From NCBI GenBank assembly GCA_963847705.1, contig CAWKBC010000027.1, forward strand, positions 704,001 through 768,000: DNA of 64,000 bases, given 5' to 3'. The position numbers and the translations under genes were made by a program. A model generated the notes under the pieces. That model made no database searches, was not told the origin of the DNA, and saw only the letters and a program-made list of their open reading frames with translations. Source of the stretch: an uncultured Pseudomonadota bacterium. GTDB lineage: Bacteria; Myxococcota_A; Polyangia; Fen-1088. Positions 44,712 to 53,018 of the stretch are shown piece after piece. Position 1 is the stretch's first letter, and the number at the start of each line of letters is the position of its first letter.

Positions 44712-45149
44712 ATGACGAAGGCGGAGCTCATCGAGCGTGTGTATGCGGGCAAGCACCTGCCGCGCGAATTGACCAAGAAGACCGTCGCGCAGATCGTCGA
44801 CGCCGTCTTCGTGGAGATGGGCGACTACTTCATCCGCACCCGCGTCAGCCGCACCCAGGGCCCCCGCCTGACCTATCCTGGATTCGGGACCTTCTCCAAG
44901 CGCCGCCGTCCGCCGCGGATGGTGAAGAACCCCAAGACCGGCGTGCCGATCACCATTCCCCAGCAGGAGACCATCACCTTTTCTCCCGGCCAGGAGCTGC
45001 GCTCGCTGCTCAACCGAAACGGCAAATCGGACGGCAAGTCCGAGTCGAAGTCCGAGTCGAAGTTCGTGGGCAAGTTCGTGGGAAAGTCCGACGGTAAGTC
45101 CGGGGGCGCCGGGCCGGCGGCCGCCAAGAGCGCTTCAGCTAGCCGTTAG
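44712..45149 (+). CDS. HU/IHF family DNA-binding protein with repetitive Lys/Ser C-terminal tail
   Basis: MTKAELI, GFGTF, KNPKTG and FSPGQEL; tail KSDGKSESKSESKFVGKFVGKSDGKS. Confidence 0.9.
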   Translation: MTKAELIERVYAGKHLPRELTKKTVAQIVDAVFVEMGDYFIRTRVSRTQGPRLTYPGFGTFSKRRRPPRMVKNPKTGVPITIPQQETITFSPGQELRSLLNRNGKSDGKSESKSESKFVGKFVGKSDGKSGGAGPAAAKSASASR

Positions 45150-45180
45150 CCGAGCGATCGCGAATACTGGTAACGGATAG

Positions 45181-46179
45181 ATGCTCGACCCCAGCCTCGA
45201 GCTCTGCGATCTGCACATTCACGTCGGTGGCGCGGTCGCGCCGCACATCCTCTGGTCGATCGCGCACGAGCAGGGCTTCAAGCTCCCGGTCTCCACCTAC
45301 TGGGAGTTCCGCGATCTGGTGACCGCCAAGCCGGACACCGTCTCGTCGCTGGACGAGTACCTGGCGATCCTGCACCACTGGACCGAGAAGATTCAGTCGT
45401 CGCCGGCGGCGATCGAGCGCTCGGTCTACGAGATCATCGGCAAGGAGTTTCGCTCGAGCGGCGTGTCGCTCATCGAGCTGCGCTTCAACCCGATGAAGCG
45501 CAACCTCGAGGGCGAGCGCGATCTCGACCACATCATCCACGCGGCGCTGCGGGGGATGGACCGGGCTTGCCTGGAGTACGGCGTGCGGGCCGGCCTCATC
45601 TTCTGCCTGGCCCGCGAGTTCTCGCTGGAGCTGAACGAGATCCTGGTGAAGAAGGCGGTCAAGTACAAGTCGCGCGGCGTGGTGGGGATCGATCTCGCCG
45701 GCCCCGAGGCGCACACGCTGGAGCTGGGCGCCGAGGTCTCCGGCTATCGCGATCTGTTCGCGCGGGCGCGCGCGGCGGCGCTGGGAACGACGGTGCACAC
45801 CGGCGAGACCGCCTACACCGCCGTGCCCGGCGTGCTGGCCGTCCTCAAGGAGCTGGCCCCCGCGCGCATCGGCCACGGCATCGCCGCCGCCGCCAGCGAG
45901 GAGGCGACCCGCAAGCTGGTCGAGACCGGGACCGTGCTGGAGATCTGCCCCAGCTCGAACCTGCGCACGCGCGCCGTCGCCAACCTCGACGAGCTGGCGG
46001 TGGTGCTGCGGAAGTTCGAGGACGCCGGGGTTCGCTACACGATCAACACCGACGGCCCGTACCTGCTGAACACGCACCTGCGGCTGGAGTACGAGATGCT
46101 GCTCGACAACAAGATCCTCTCCGAGGCCGAGGTCGAGCGGAGCGTGGCCGTCTCCCGCGCCGCGAGCTTCGTGCGATAG
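45181..46179 (+). CDS. add: Adenosine/adenine deaminase family protein
   Basis: DLHIH, GIDLAGPE, HTGE, RIGHG, EICPSSN and INTDG. Confidence 0.88.
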   Translation: MLDPSLELCDLHIHVGGAVAPHILWSIAHEQGFKLPVSTYWEFRDLVTAKPDTVSSLDEYLAILHHWTEKIQSSPAAIERSVYEIIGKEFRSSGVSLIELRFNPMKRNLEGERDLDHIIHAALRGMDRACLEYGVRAGLIFCLAREFSLELNEILVKKAVKYKSRGVVGIDLAGPEAHTLELGAEVSGYRDLFARARAAALGTTVHTGETAYTAVPGVLAVLKELAPARIGHGIAAAASEEATRKLVETGTVLEICPSSNLRTRAVANLDELAVVLRKFEDAGVRYTINTDGPYLLNTHLRLEYEMLLDNKILSEAEVERSVAVSRAASFVR

Positions 46180-46209
46180 CCCCCAAGCTTCGTGTAGCTT
46201 AGGGTCGGC

Positions 46210-48417
46210 GTGAAGACCGAGGCTCTGCGCGGCGTGGCCGCGAGCGCGGCTTTGGCCGTGAACTTGACCGTGACTCTGGCCGTGGTCAGCCCGGCGCGCG
46301 CAGCCGACGCCGCCTTCGCCTGGGCGCCGCCGCACGCGCCGGCCGTGGTGGTCGGTCGGCAGAGCGGGGCGCGCTTCGGCCTGGTCGGCCTCACCGAGAT
46401 CGAGGTCGAGGTCGACGATCTGTACGACGCCGCGAACCGGCAGGCGCTGGGGCTGGCCGAACGGAAGCTGGCGGCGGTCCCCGGCGTGCGTGCCGTCTTC
46501 GGGCCTGCCGGGCTGCTCGACGTGACCGTCGACGCCAGCGGGAAACCGAGCGCGCGGCCCGTCCTGGCGCGCGGACAGAGTGAAAGCGAGGGGGAGGCCG
46601 CCCGGCAGCGGATCGTGCGGCGCGCCGACGCGCTCGGTTGGTTCCTCACCGAGAACGGCCGGCGCGTGCGCTTTCTCGTCGACGCCCCCGACTTCGAACG
46701 CCTGGAGCCGGCGCTGGCCAGGGCGCTCACGGAATCGGGTCTCGGCGTCTTGCCGTCTCCCGGAGGCCTGGAGACGCGGCCGCTCTGGCCCGATCCGCGG
46801 CAACATCGTGCGCGGTTCCTGCCGCTCGGCTTCGCGGCCATCTGGGCCTTCTTCGTGATGGTGGCGGCAGGGCGGGCGCACTTTCCGCTCGGCCGTCGAC
46901 GGATCTCGCGCGCGCTGGCGGCGGCGGCCGGCGCGGCGGCGCCGTTCGTGCTGGTGCCGGTCTCCGGCGTCCAGCTGGCCGGCATCCTGGCCGCGCTCGG
47001 CGCGGCGGCCATCGCGCTCGCCGGCGCGCGCGCGCCCGACGCGTCAGCCAGCGCGCGACCTCGGTTCCTGCGGCCGGTGCTCTGGATCTCGGCGGCCCTC
47101 GCGCTGGAGGTGGCCGTGCTCTCCCCGCGCTTGCGGGTCGGGACCCGGCAGTGGAGCGCGGCGCCGATGTTCTTCATCAGCCTCCACGGCGATCTCGACG
47201 AGCCGGTCGTGCTGCGCGAGGTGCGGCGCTTCGCCGACGAGCTGCGCGGACAGCCGGGGGTCGCCAACGCCTGGTCGATCGCCGATCTCTTCTTGGGGGT
47301 CACCTTCGAGGGGCAGGAGGCCAACGGCATCCCGGACGATCCGGAGGAGCTGCGCCGCATCCTGGTCCAGGCGCGGACCGATCCGGCCGTGCGGCTCGAG
47401 CTGTCGGCCGATCGGCGCGAGGCCCTGATCGGCGTCCGCTTCGAGGACGATCCGACCGTCGATCGCCTGGCGATCGTGGCCCACGCCGAGCGCTACATCC
47501 AGCGCGAGCTGCGGCATTCCCAGGCGCGCATCGATCTGTCGGCGCCGTCGACGTCGCCGGTGGCGCGGCTGGTCGGCGCCGGGATACTGGCCGACGACGC
47601 CCGCGATCGGGTGTTGAAGATCTGCGCACGCTCCGGCCGGACGCTGAACCGGGCCGAGGCGCTCTCCGTCGAGCGGGTGGCGCGGGCAGCGGCCCTCATC
47701 CCAGCGGCCGATCCGCCCCGCCTCGAGGCCGAGGTGGCGGACGCCGTCCGAAACTTCGCCGCCCACCACCCCTGGCCGCTGACGGGCCCCGAGGTCGAGC
47801 GCTTGATCCTCGGCGCCAACGCGCTGGCCGTCGACGCCACGCCCGACGATGTGCGGGCGGTGGTGACGGCCGTCTACGGCGCCCGCCTCCCGGCCCCGAT
47901 GTTGGACGCCACCGCCGGCGCGCTCGGTCGCCTGATCGCCACCGTGCAGAGGCGGCACACCGCGCGACTCGATTTCAAGGAGATGCTGTACGGCGCCGAT
48001 CTGCCCACCGAAGGGGTGCTGGCCGACGAGGTCCGCAGCGCGACGCTCGAGGCGGCAGGGCCCGTGGTCGGAATCCCCGTGGCCCTCGAGGTCGCCGAGG
48101 CTTTCAAGCTCGACGCCCAGCCGATCGGCGGCGCGCCCAATGATCTGGCGCTGTCCGAGCTCTGGAACCGGGCCTTGCGGGCGGGGCTGATCTCGGCGGC
48201 GGCGCTGCTCGCCATTCTGCTGGTGCTGGTGGGGGGGACGCGGGCGCTGGCGTCGTTGCCGCTGGCGTTCGCGCCGCTGGCGGCCGCCCTGGCTCCCTCG
48301 GCGATCTTGCGCGAGCCGATCGGGCTGCCCACGCTCTCTTTCTTCGCCGGGACCCTGGTGGGTGGCGCGATGCTGGCGCTCCTCGTCACCCCGTCGCGGC
48401 GGGAGCGGGTGCGGTGA
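46210..48417 (+). CDS. Membrane protein with degenerate MMPL/RND-like segments
   Basis: It has a signal-like N-terminus, several TM stretches and an MMPL-like loop (VLREVRRFADEL..PGVANAWSIADLF...LSADRREALI). Confidence 0.55.
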   Translation: MKTEALRGVAASAALAVNLTVTLAVVSPARAADAAFAWAPPHAPAVVVGRQSGARFGLVGLTEIEVEVDDLYDAANRQALGLAERKLAAVPGVRAVFGPAGLLDVTVDASGKPSARPVLARGQSESEGEAARQRIVRRADALGWFLTENGRRVRFLVDAPDFERLEPALARALTESGLGVLPSPGGLETRPLWPDPRQHRARFLPLGFAAIWAFFVMVAAGRAHFPLGRRRISRALAAAAGAAAPFVLVPVSGVQLAGILAALGAAAIALAGARAPDASASARPRFLRPVLWISAALALEVAVLSPRLRVGTRQWSAAPMFFISLHGDLDEPVVLREVRRFADELRGQPGVANAWSIADLFLGVTFEGQEANGIPDDPEELRRILVQARTDPAVRLELSADRREALIGVRFEDDPTVDRLAIVAHAERYIQRELRHSQARIDLSAPSTSPVARLVGAGILADDARDRVLKICARSGRTLNRAEALSVERVARAAALIPAADPPRLEAEVADAVRNFAAHHPWPLTGPEVERLILGANALAVDATPDDVRAVVTAVYGARLPAPMLDATAGALGRLIATVQRRHTARLDFKEMLYGADLPTEGVLADEVRSATLEAAGPVVGIPVALEVAEAFKLDAQPIGGAPNDLALSELWNRALRAGLISAAALLAILLVLVGGTRALASLPLAFAPLAAALAPSAILREPIGLPTLSFFAGTLVGGAMLALLVTPSRRERVR

Positions 48418-49577
48418 CGGTGAACGTGACCTTGCGGGCGGCGCTCGCCGTCGGGGCCTGCGCCGTGGCCGCCGGGTGCAGCGCGCCGCCCTGGCAGATC
48501 GGCAGGCCGCTCGACGGCCGCGCGTCGATCCCCCCGACAGAAGCTCGGCCGACGCCGACCGAGGCGCGGCAGACCGCGGCGCGCGCCCGGGCCGCCGGGG
48601 AGCCGGTGATCGAGCTCGAGGCGCTGGCGGCGCTGGAGCGGTCCTGGCGCCTCGACGCCGTGCTGCGCGCCCAGCCGACCGTCGCCGAGCAGGCGCGGCT
48701 GGCCGAGCTGCTCTGGCGGCGGGCGAGGATGTTTCACGTCCTCGCTCGACCGATCCCGGAGAGCCGCGATCTGGAGGCGGCGGCGCGCCTCGATCCGGCG
48801 CGCGGCGCCATGTTCATCCGCGAGCGAGCTGCGGCCGCAGCCGCCGCTGGCCTCTGCTGGAAACGGATCGACGCTCCGGCCGACGCGCGCCAGGCGTTCA
48901 CGCTGGCCGCGCACCTCGGCGGCGTTGCCCCGGATGCGCCACCGCCCACACCGGCGCCGCTGGTTCCGACCGGCCTGCCGCCCGACCTCGAGCGCTGGGT
49001 GCTCGGCGGCCCGACGCTTTCGGGCCGCCTTCTGCCGCTGGCCGCGGCGGTCCCCGCGATCTTGAACGACCTCCCGCGCGCGCTCCGCTGGGCCGACCTC
49101 CTGCTCGAAGAAGATCCGACCTCGCCCGAGGTGCTGGAGCTGGTGGCGCTGATCTTCGGCCGCGCGGGGCGTTTCGGGGGAACGGACCGCATGTTGGCGG
49201 AGCTGACGTTTCACACCCCCGATCGCGCCGCGGGCCTGGCGCGCGGCGCGGGCGTCTGGGAGCAGCTCGGGCGCCCGCGCGAGGCCTGCGCGCAGTGGAT
49301 CCGCGCCGCCCGCTGGCGCGACGAGCCGACCGATCCGGTTTGGTTGAAGGCGATCTCCTGCGCTCGGCGGGACCCCGGCGCCGGGAGCGCGCCGGAGATC
49401 CGCGCCTACGTCCTGGCCCGCGCCCGCCCGGACCAGCGTGAGGCCCTGGCGGCCGCGCTCGACGGGACGCCGCTGCCTGGGGCCGTCGATGCCGGCCCTG
49501 ATGGCCGATCTTCGATCGGGGCCGACGCCGGTCGGGACAGCGAGCGTGGAGCGGCGCCGTTGGATCAGCGGCCGTGA
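48414..49577 (+). CDS. Hypothetical TPR-like lipoprotein
   Basis: GTGA overlap with the upstream gene, lipobox AAGC and Ala/Arg-rich helical repeats. Confidence 0.65.
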   Translation: MTVNVTLRAALAVGACAVAAGCSAPPWQIGRPLDGRASIPPTEARPTPTEARQTAARARAAGEPVIELEALAALERSWRLDAVLRAQPTVAEQARLAELLWRRARMFHVLARPIPESRDLEAAARLDPARGAMFIRERAAAAAAAGLCWKRIDAPADARQAFTLAAHLGGVAPDAPPPTPAPLVPTGLPPDLERWVLGGPTLSGRLLPLAAAVPAILNDLPRALRWADLLLEEDPTSPEVLELVALIFGRAGRFGGTDRMLAELTFHTPDRAAGLARGAGVWEQLGRPREACAQWIRAARWRDEPTDPVWLKAISCARRDPGAGSAPEIRAYVLARARPDQREALAAALDGTPLPGAVDAGPDGRSSIGADAGRDSERGAAPLDQRP

Positions 49578-49587
49578 TCCTCGAACA

Positions 49588-50481
49588 CTATTTCGGTGCC
49601 GAGGCGCCGGTGAAAAAGTCGATCATGCTGTGCGGAGCGGCGTCGCCGAAGCAGAGCCGGAGCAAGCTGGCGGCGTCGGCGGCTTCCTTCGCGCTCCGGG
49701 CGAACATCGGCTCCTCGTACTCGGCGCGCAGCGCGGGCTCGAGGTCGTCGCGGTGCGCGGCAATGACCTTGCCGAGCTCGGCGCCGTCGTACATCGCCAG
49801 GTTGGCGCCTTCACCGGACGGCGGCATCAGATGCGCGGCGTCTCCCAGAAGCGTCACCCCGGGCACCCGCTCCCACCGATGTGCGGCCGGGAGCGCATGG
49901 ATCGTTCGGGGGACGAGCTCTGATTCGCCGTCGGTGATGAGCGCGGTGAGCTCCGGCGCCCACCCCTCGAACTCCGCCGCGACGCGAGCTCTCGCCGCCT
50001 GCGGGTCGGCGAAGTCGATGCCCGCCATCCAGGCCAGCGGTCTGGTGAGCGCGACGTAGGTGTGCAGGGTCCCCTTGGTCTCCCGGTGGGCCTGGATGCC
50101 CTTGCCGGGCGCCAGGGCCAACATGGCCCCACGGCCGACGGCCCTGGCGCTGGCCGGGTGGCACGCGTCGGCGTTGTAAAGATATGTCTCGATGAACGAG
50201 AGGCCGACGTAGGCGGGCTTCGCGGCGGACAGCAGGGGCCGGATCCTCGACCAGGCGCCGTCCGCCCCCACCAGGAGGTTGGTGGCGACGGTCGAGCCGT
50301 CCGTGAACGTCAGCTCATGGCGCCCCTCACCCAGCGGGTGGACGCCGCTGACCTTGCGTCCCCACTGGACGGTCCCCTCGGGCAACGCGTCCAGCAGGAG
50401 GCGCCGCAGGTCGCCGCGATGCACCTCCGGGCGATGGCCGCCGCCGTCGTCCGGCTCGTCGAGAAGGACCCTGCCGTGCCG
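49588..50481 (-). pseudogene. 5'-truncated TetX-like FAD-dependent monooxygenase
   Basis: The in-frame sequence HGRVLLDEPDDGGGHRPEVHRGDLRRLL, VGADGAWS and LLGDAAHLMPPSGEGANLAMYDG is present. The N-terminal GxGxxG region is absent, and the similarity stops 14 bp from the sulfatase stop. Confidence 0.75.
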
Positions 50482-50494
50482 TGCGGCGCCGCCG

Positions 50495-52705
50495 CTAGCG
50501 CGGGCGCTCTTCGAAGGCGACCAGCTTCCCCCGCAGCTCCTCGAACAGCTTGGCGTCGGCGGGGTTGGCGGCCAGGTTGTCCTTCTCCCCCGGATCGCGT
50601 TTGAGGTCGTAGAGCTCCCAGCGCCGATCGCTGATGCGGTGAATGAGCTTGTGGTCGCCGTCCACCATCATCGCGGCCTGGTGCGGCCAGGCGGTGGCCG
50701 GCATCTGCTCGGCGAAGATGGGAACCGCCGGCAGCGGTTTCCCCTCGATGAGGGGCATGAGGCTCCGCCCGCGCATCGCCGCCGGGATCGGGGCACCCAC
50801 CAGATCGAGCAGCGTCGGCGCCACGTCGACCAGCTCGACCTCGTCGTTGATCACCCGCGGGGTCTGCCCGGGGATGGCGATGATGAGCGGGACCCGGGTC
50901 TGCTCGTCGAAGAGGTCGGTGCCGTGGAAGTACTGCTTGTGCTCGCCCCAGGCCTCCCCGTGGTCGGCGCACATGATGATGGCCGTGTTCTTGTCGAGCC
51001 CCAGCGCCTTGACCTCGTCGAACAGCTTCTTCACCCAGAGATCGGTGAAGGCGATCTCGTAGTCGTACTTCTCCATCAGACCCGGGACGCCCGACAGCGA
51101 GGTGGGGAACTCCTTGTGCGTCATGTACGACGAGTGCGGCTCGAACAGGTGGGTCCAGAGCACGAAACGTTCGTGCTTGGCGGCCGCCGTCTTGAGCCGC
51201 TCGATCACCCGCGGCACGATCCGCGGCGAGGCGCTGTCCTTGTTCGACTCGGCGATGGTGCCGGCGCCGTCGTCGGACCACTCGGCGAACCCCCGGCTGA
51301 TCCCGCGATCGGCCGTGAAATAGAAGTGCGAGAAGATCCCGATCGGTTTGAGGCCGGTGGCCGCCAGCACCTGGAAGACCGTCTGGTTCGCGGGCAGGAG
51401 GTTGGGGTAGTTCACGGTCGGCTTGTCGAAGGCGATGTCGGTCGGATAGCGGCCGGTGATGATCGACGGGAACGAGCGCGGCGTGTTCGGCGCTTGCGAC
51501 CAGACGCGCCGGAAGTAGGCCCCGCGGTCGGCCAGTGCGTCGAGCGTCGGCGTCAACGAATGTCCAGGCGGGCGGCTGTACCCCGCGACCCCCAGCCGAT
51601 CGCCGCGAAAGGCGTCGATGGTGACGATGAGGATGTTCCCCTTCCAACCATCGTCGCGCGGCTTGATCGGCGCCAGCGGCGCGCCATCCGGCGGGGCGCT
51701 GCCTGCGCCGGCCGGCTTCGACAGCGCGGCCACCGGCTGGGCGTCTCCCCCTTCGCAATCTTGATCGATGCCGTCGCCGGGGATGTCCTCGGCGCCCGGG
51801 TAGACATCGGCGCGCGTGTCGTCGCAGTCTCCGCCGCCGAACCGGGCGGAGAAACCGTCGCCGTCGCGATCGGTCAGATGGCGCCCCGTCGCCAGCAGAG
51901 CGCGCAGCCCCCAGGCGTGGTCAGCGACCGCTTCGAACGCGGGCGAGCCTTCGGGCAGTCCGGCGCCCGCCGCCAGGCCGACGGCCGCGGCGACGGCCAG
52001 CCCGAGCGGCAGCCCCAGGCCGAGCGCCGCGGGAAGGCGCGCGCGCAGCGCCCGGCCCGGCCGCGATCCGTACCAGAAGAGGCCATGCGCGAGGCCGAGC
52101 GCGGTGGCCGCGGCAATCGCATAGAGCGGCCCGAGGTCGAGCACCCGCCAGTCGGCGCGGGACAGCGCGAACACGAAGGCCAGCACCGCCGCCGCGGCCA
52201 GCGCCGACAGCAGGAGACCGGTCGCGCCGAGCGCACGCGGGCGGGGGAGGGCGTGGGCCAGCCGGCGCAAGAGGGGGAGCGCCGCGATCGCCACCGCGGC
52301 CCCGGGCAGCGCGCCGATGGCCACCAACCCCGCCGCGGCGATGGTCGCCAGCTTCTGGCTGGCCATCTTTCCGACCAGCATCTTCTGGCCGAGCGCCGCC
52401 ACGAGAGCGATGACCACCACCGCCGCCAGCGCCGCCAGGACACCCGCCGCCACGGCGCGGTCCCGCTGGGGCTCGTCGCGCAGGGGACCCCATCCGGCAG
52501 GACGAGCGCCGGCGATGGCCCCCACGACCAGCTCGGCGGCCAGGCCGCAGAGAATCGCCGCCGTGCCGTAAAACCCGAGCGTCAGGGCCAGGACGCCGGT
52601 CGCGCCGCCGTGACCCGCCGTCAACAGAAGGTCGACCAGGCCGGCGCCGCAGATCCCGGCCAGGACCGAAGCTCCGACAGGGCGCCGCAGACTGGGGATT
52701 TTCAT
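50495..52705 (-). CDS. Membrane-anchored sulfatase-fold protein (LTA synthase-like) with MopE-type metal-binding repeat
   Basis: It has ~7 TM helices and the motifs DCDDTRADVYPGAEDIPGDGIDQDC, NILIVTIDAFRGD, PNTPRSFPS (Thr nucleophile position), ADHGE and ELYDLKRDPGE. Confidence 0.88.
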   Translation of the reverse strand: MKIPSLRRPVGASVLAGICGAGLVDLLLTAGHGGATGVLALTLGFYGTAAILCGLAAELVVGAIAGARPAGWGPLRDEPQRDRAVAAGVLAALAAVVVIALVAALGQKMLVGKMASQKLATIAAAGLVAIGALPGAAVAIAALPLLRRLAHALPRPRALGATGLLLSALAAAAVLAFVFALSRADWRVLDLGPLYAIAAATALGLAHGLFWYGSRPGRALRARLPAALGLGLPLGLAVAAAVGLAAGAGLPEGSPAFEAVADHAWGLRALLATGRHLTDRDGDGFSARFGGGDCDDTRADVYPGAEDIPGDGIDQDCEGGDAQPVAALSKPAGAGSAPPDGAPLAPIKPRDDGWKGNILIVTIDAFRGDRLGVAGYSRPPGHSLTPTLDALADRGAYFRRVWSQAPNTPRSFPSIITGRYPTDIAFDKPTVNYPNLLPANQTVFQVLAATGLKPIGIFSHFYFTADRGISRGFAEWSDDGAGTIAESNKDSASPRIVPRVIERLKTAAAKHERFVLWTHLFEPHSSYMTHKEFPTSLSGVPGLMEKYDYEIAFTDLWVKKLFDEVKALGLDKNTAIIMCADHGEAWGEHKQYFHGTDLFDEQTRVPLIIAIPGQTPRVINDEVELVDVAPTLLDLVGAPIPAAMRGRSLMPLIEGKPLPAVPIFAEQMPATAWPHQAAMMVDGDHKLIHRISDRRWELYDLKRDPGEKDNLAANPADAKLFEELRGKLVAFEERPR

Positions 52706-52818
52706 CCGGATCTTAGCCAGCTAGCACGCGGCGGGACGGCATACAACTTAACCGCAGTTTCGCTCCGCCGCGCGAAGCCTCCTTGACGGCCATGCGCGAA
52801 TCGGGATACTGCCACCGC

Positions 52819-52977
52819 ATGGGACGACGGGACAATCGGAAGTCGATGAAAATGCGCCGCCGCACACGGCAGAAGAAGCTGAAGGCGCGCATCGCCAAGA
52901 AGAAGACGGTCGGCAAGGAGAAGGCCGCCGCCACCGCGAAGCCGGCCAAGAAGAAGGCCGCCGCGCCGAAGAAATAG
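52819..52977 (+). CDS. Small highly basic protein (52 aa)
   Basis: MGRRDNRKSMKMRRRTRQKKLKARIAKKK...KKAAAPKK, with strong AAG/GCC codon bias and an upstream TTGACG-N16-GATACT. Confidence 0.7.
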   Translation: MGRRDNRKSMKMRRRTRQKKLKARIAKKKTVGKEKAAATAKPAKKKAAAPKK

Positions 52978-53018
52978 TCCAAGGACTACGATAGGGGGCG
53001 GGTCGGACCCGCACACTC

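Noticed and set aside
49588-50424. Functional tet(X) resistance gene
   Set aside because: It shows family-level similarity only, and the N-terminal FAD-binding region is missing.
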